Below, piece after piece: positions 60,366-64,000 of a stretch of 64,000 nt of DNA. The stretch is from positions 474,387-538,386 of the forward strand of contig CAWAGX010000020.1 of the NCBI GenBank assembly GCA_963781425.1, written 5' to 3'. A program made the position numbers and the translations under genes. The DNA comes from an uncultured Actinomycetes bacterium. Lineage in GTDB: Bacteria > Actinomycetota > Acidimicrobiia > IMCC26256 > PALSA-610. Below the pieces are notes generated by a model, which was not told the DNA's origin, ran no database searches, and saw only the letters and a list, made by a program, of their open reading frames with translations. Positions within the stretch are counted from its first letter, which is position 1, and each line of letters starts with the position of its first letter.

Positions 60366-62856
60366 GTGCGAGGAAGCTTGCGATCGCTTCGGTCGATCAT
60401 TTGCGTCGTGACCGCCGTGACCGTCGTCACGGCACTGTCCACGTCGGTCGGGGGCGCTTCCCGGCGCGGCCACCGCCGGCAGGACGTCGCCCGGTACATC
60501 CTCCCGCCCGGCAACTTCGGCGGCCTTCCGACGACCGAACAGTCGCGCGACCAGCTTCCGCTGTACGACGCGTTGACACCGCTGCGCGGCCACGTCACCG
60601 ACGCCGACATCCAACGGAACTACCTTCCCGAGGACTTCAAGCCGATCGGCGCGACGCAAGAGATCGCGACCGGCCGTCCCGGTCTGCGCCTCATCTACGA
60701 CGCATACGGCATTCCCCATATCTACGGCCAGACACGCGGCAGACGTCGCGTTCGGCGCCGGATGGGTGACGGCTCGCGATCGCGGTCTGTTGCTGCAGTT
60801 CGGCCGCTATCCCGCGCGGGTCGCCGTTGCCGACGTACCGAACGTGGACGCGTTCTCGCTGGTCACCGGCCTGCAGTCGTTCGTGCCGAGCGCCGAGACC
60901 GAAGCCCTCGTCACCAAGCAGGTGCAACTGCTCATCGACACGTACGGCGACAAGGGACGCGAGATCATCGCGGACGCGCAAGCGGAAGCCGACGGGGCGA
61001 ACGCGTATCTGAAGGCGAACAATATCGCGATGACGCCGTTCACCGTGAACGACATCATCGCGGTCACCGCGTTCATCGGTTCGATCTTCGGCGCCGGCGG
61101 CGGCGGTGAAGCGCGCAACGCCGACTTCTTGGCGAAGCTGCAAAACGCCTTCGGTCCCAAGCGCGGCCGCAAGGCGTGGGACGACGCGATGATGTTCAAC
61201 GATCCCGAGGCGCCGACGACGCTGAAGCGCCACTTCGACTATGGCGCGCGCACCGGCGGTCGTGTCCGCGGCTCAGTGGTGCTCGACGCGAACTCGATCG
61301 TGTCTCTCGATCCGGGCCGGCCGGCGGCGACCGCAACGGCGGGTCAGCCGTCCCGGAGCGCGACCGGCGACGTGGGCGCGGCACCACCGCGCAAGGAAGC
61401 GTCGAACTGGCTGCTCGTGAACCCGAAGCGTTCGGCGACCGGGAACACGGTGGGCGTCATGGGGCCGCAGCTCGGCTACTACTACCCCGAGATCGTCGAA
61501 CAGGTGCACGTCAAGGGACCGGGATACGAGGCGCAAGGCGTCGGTGTGCCGGGCCTGATGATGTACGTGCTCATCGGCCGCACCCACGATTACGCGTGGA
61601 GCCTCACATCGGCCGGTCACGACGTGCGCGACGTGTTCGTCGAGAAGTTGTGCGAGCCAGATGGTTCGGCGCCGACGCGGGCCAGCGATCACTATCTGTT
61701 CGACGGCGAGTGCCGTCCGTTCCAAGAGTTCTTCGCGGGAACGCTGAACGGCGTACCGCTGCGCTATCCGACCTCGGTACACGGTGGCGTCTTCGGCACG
61801 GCAACTGTTCATGGTGCACCGGTCGCGTTGACGTCGCCAGCGTTCGACGTTCGGTCGCGACGCGTTGAACCTCGCCGCGTTGAAGGACATGACCGACGGT
61901 GTCGCGTCGACGCCGAAACGGTTCTTCGACGTCGCCAACGAGTTCGGCTTCACGTTCAACTGGGGGTACGCGTCGCACACCGACACCGCGTACTTCTCGT
62001 CCGGGTTGCTCCCGGTCCGTGCGCGCGGGCTCGACCGCCGCCTCCCGACGCTCGGCACCGGCAAGTACGAATGGAAAGGCTTCCTGCGCGAACGCGAGCA
62101 CCCGCACGGCGTCAAAGGACCGCACGGTCTGCTGCTGAACTGGAACAACCAGTCGGCCCCCGGCTTCATGCACGGCGACGACAACCCGTACGGCTCGGTG
62201 CATCGGGTGGAGCTGTTCGACAAGTTCCCGCACGACGTCACGCTGGCCGACGACGTGAGCGTCATGAACCGCGCCGCGACCGAAGACGCGCGTTCGCTGG
62301 TCTGGCCGGTCGTCAGCAAGGTGTTGCGCACGGGTCCCGCGCGCGACGCGCTCGACGCAGCGCGCGTTGCGACGTTCTCGACGATTGGGTCTCGCGGGAT
62401 GCGCCCCGCCTCGACGCCGACCAGGACGGCAAGAACGACGACGCCGGCGCCGTGATCATGGACACCGTCTGGCGGCCGATCGCGGAGGCGGTGATGCGCC
62501 CCGTCTACGGCGACCTCCTCGGAGAGCTCGACGGCGTACGCGGCCTCAACGGGCTCGCGGGCGAGTCATTCGTCGACAAGGACCTGCGCACGCTCCTTGG
62601 CACGAAACGCGTGCGGGGGCCGTTCCATCTGCGCTACTGCGGAAAGGGCTCATTGGACGCGTGCCGCTCGTCGCTGTGGGCAGCGTTCGATCTCGCGATC
62701 AGGGCGCTCGCATCGGCGCAGGGGCCCGATCCCGCCACCTGGCGCGGCGACGCGTCGCGCACTGGATTCGTGCCGGGTCTCATCCCCGACACGTTCCGCT
62801 CGACCAACCGCCCGACGTTCCAACAGGTGCTCGAGCTGGTGCGACCTCGGCGGTGA
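60366..62856 (+). CDS. penicillin-acylase-family (Ntn, S45) hydrolase; three frame changes (~60745, ~61850, ~62360)
   Basis: Signal-like SLRSLRSIICVVTAVTVVTALSTSVGGA. YDAYGIPHIYG. Nucleophile context EASNWLLVNPKRSATGN. The middle part is in ORF 61865..62455. Confidence 0.8.
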
Positions 62857-62951
62857 CCGACCTCGCCGGCGTCCTGCTGAGGTGAGGCCGGCGCCGAAAC
62901 GAGCCCGGACTTGCCGGCGCGAACCACAAGTTCTACCCTTTCCATCCCATG

Positions 62952-62968
62952 ATCCATGATTCATGGAT
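62952..62968. promoter_or_regulatory. perfect 17-bp palindrome spanning the start codon of the wHTH-like gene
   Basis: ATCCATGA-T-TCATGGAT, with the ATG at 62963-62965 inside it. Preceded by a CCATGAT duplication. Confidence 0.5.
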
Positions 62969-63363
62969 TGTGTACTCGGAAGCGCCGGCGTGACCGCCGT
63001 CCCCGACCGCGCCGAGACACCGATCCGGCGCCTGTCGAAGCGGCTGTTCGGCTCGCAATACCGGCTCGAGGTGGCGACCGCGGCGCTGACGCTGGGCGCA
63101 TCGTGGACGACGTTCGACCTCGATGCCGTCCTCCCCGACGCCGGCGACCTGCCGCGGTCGTGCGTGAACAAGGAGTTGAACGGATTGCTCGCCCTCGGTC
63201 TGATCGAGCGGGCGCGCGACCTCGACGGTCCGCGCGCTTCCGCTACTCGGTGGGCAACACGCTGCCGGAGTTCTGGTCGCTCGTGCGCGCGCTCGCCATT
63301 CGCGAGCGCGAACCCGAACGCCCGCCCGCCACGGTGCACGTCCTGCCCACGTCATCACGTTGA
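62963..63363 (+). CDS. hypothetical winged-helix-like protein; one frame change (~63230)
   Basis: ..PIRRLSKRLFGSQYRLEVATAAL..LPRSCVNKELNGLLALGLIERARDLDG, then continues as ..YSVGNTLPEFWSLVRALAIRE in ORF 62956..63363. Confidence 0.4.
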
Positions 63364-63453
63364 GCGCCGCCACCGTGGGCACGCGGCGGGGGCACCGTCG
63401 TCGACGAGCGCACCGATGGCACGCGGAAGATCAAGGTTGCTACGTTCGCCACG

Positions 63454-64000
63454 TGCCCGAGGCGAGCGTTCCGGAGCTGATCGACCCCGGGTTCTGGCGG
63501 CAGCCACTCGAGGATCGCATGGCCCGCTTCGCCGAGCTCCGCGAGGTCGGCGCGTTCCTCCCGGCCACGTTCGAGAACCCGCTGATGGACTTCAAGGAGT
63601 CGTTCTTCGTCACGACTCGCTACGCGGAGCTCGTGGAGATCAGCCGCCGGCCCGAGGACTTCTGTTCGGGCCGAGGCGCGGTCTCGATCCCGGATCTGCC
63701 GGCCGAGGCCATGGAGTTCTTCGGTTCGTTCATCAACATGGACGACCCACGGCACGCGCGCCAACGCGGGATCGTGTCCCGATCGTTCACGCCGCGGCAG
63801 CTCGAAGCGGTGCTCGCGTCGGTGGAGACGATCTGTGCCGAGGTGATCGACGGTCTGTGCGAGCAGGGCGAAGTCGACCTCGTGCAAGCGTTCTCTCAGC
63901 CGTTCCCGCTGCTCGTCATCTGCGACATGATGGGCATCCCGCGCAGCGAGTTTCGCACGGTCCTCGACGCGACGAACGTCATTCTCGGTGCTGGTGATCC
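63454..64000 (+). CDS. cytochrome P450, N-terminal part (3' end outside window)
   Basis: I translated from GTG 63454 by hand: VPEASVPELIDPGFWRQPLEDRMARFAELREVGAFLP...FINMDDPRHARQRGIVSRSFTPRQLE...FPLLVICDMMGIP. The frame is open to the window end and is not in the ORF track. Confidence 0.8.

Overview
A visibly GC-rich, actinobacterial-type chromosomal segment: GTG/TTG starts are common, third codon positions are almost all G/C, and LLM and DUF385 enzyme families, GAF-ANTAR regulators and LigD point the same way. I can support about 70 genes. I found no rRNA, tRNA, CRISPR array, transposase, integrase or recognisable defence system, so I do not claim a new multi-gene system.

Gene content, left to right:
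- The end of a type IV pilus locus: a ~1300-aa modular prepilin, a convergent pilT, and lspA.
- A decayed lipase-like gene.
- An ACAD-like / methyltransferase / LLM operon, followed by a flavin monooxygenase.
- efeUOB, with an IdeR-like iron box.
- A run of small-molecule enzymes.
- A LigD (PE-Pol) gene next to a DinG-like helicase.
- An amidase coupled to a 755-aa secreted hydrolase.
- amt-glnK.
- A regulatory island: STAS, two GAF-ANTAR proteins, a Zn-ribbon protein and a wHTH protein.
- A sulfate ABC transporter operon with a divergent Rrf2 regulator.
- A redox-stress group: DsbA-like remnant, MarR/MFS, catalase, OsmC.
- A RIO kinase.
- A flavin/F420-type enzyme island, an acyl-CoA synthetase, MaoC, a penicillin-acylase-type hydrolase, and the start of a P450.

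The strongest signals:
1. About 30 of the ~70 genes are interrupted by 1-nt frame changes, many at short homopolymers. Two hot spots stand out: the whole cysPTWA operon and the lipase-like gene.
2. The giant modular pilin.
3. Several unexplained intergenic palindromic or repeated elements, including one short element present twice.
4. One gene, the DsbA-like one, shows substitution-type decay rather than indels alone.

All calls rest on reading the supplied translations and the DNA by eye. No database search was run.
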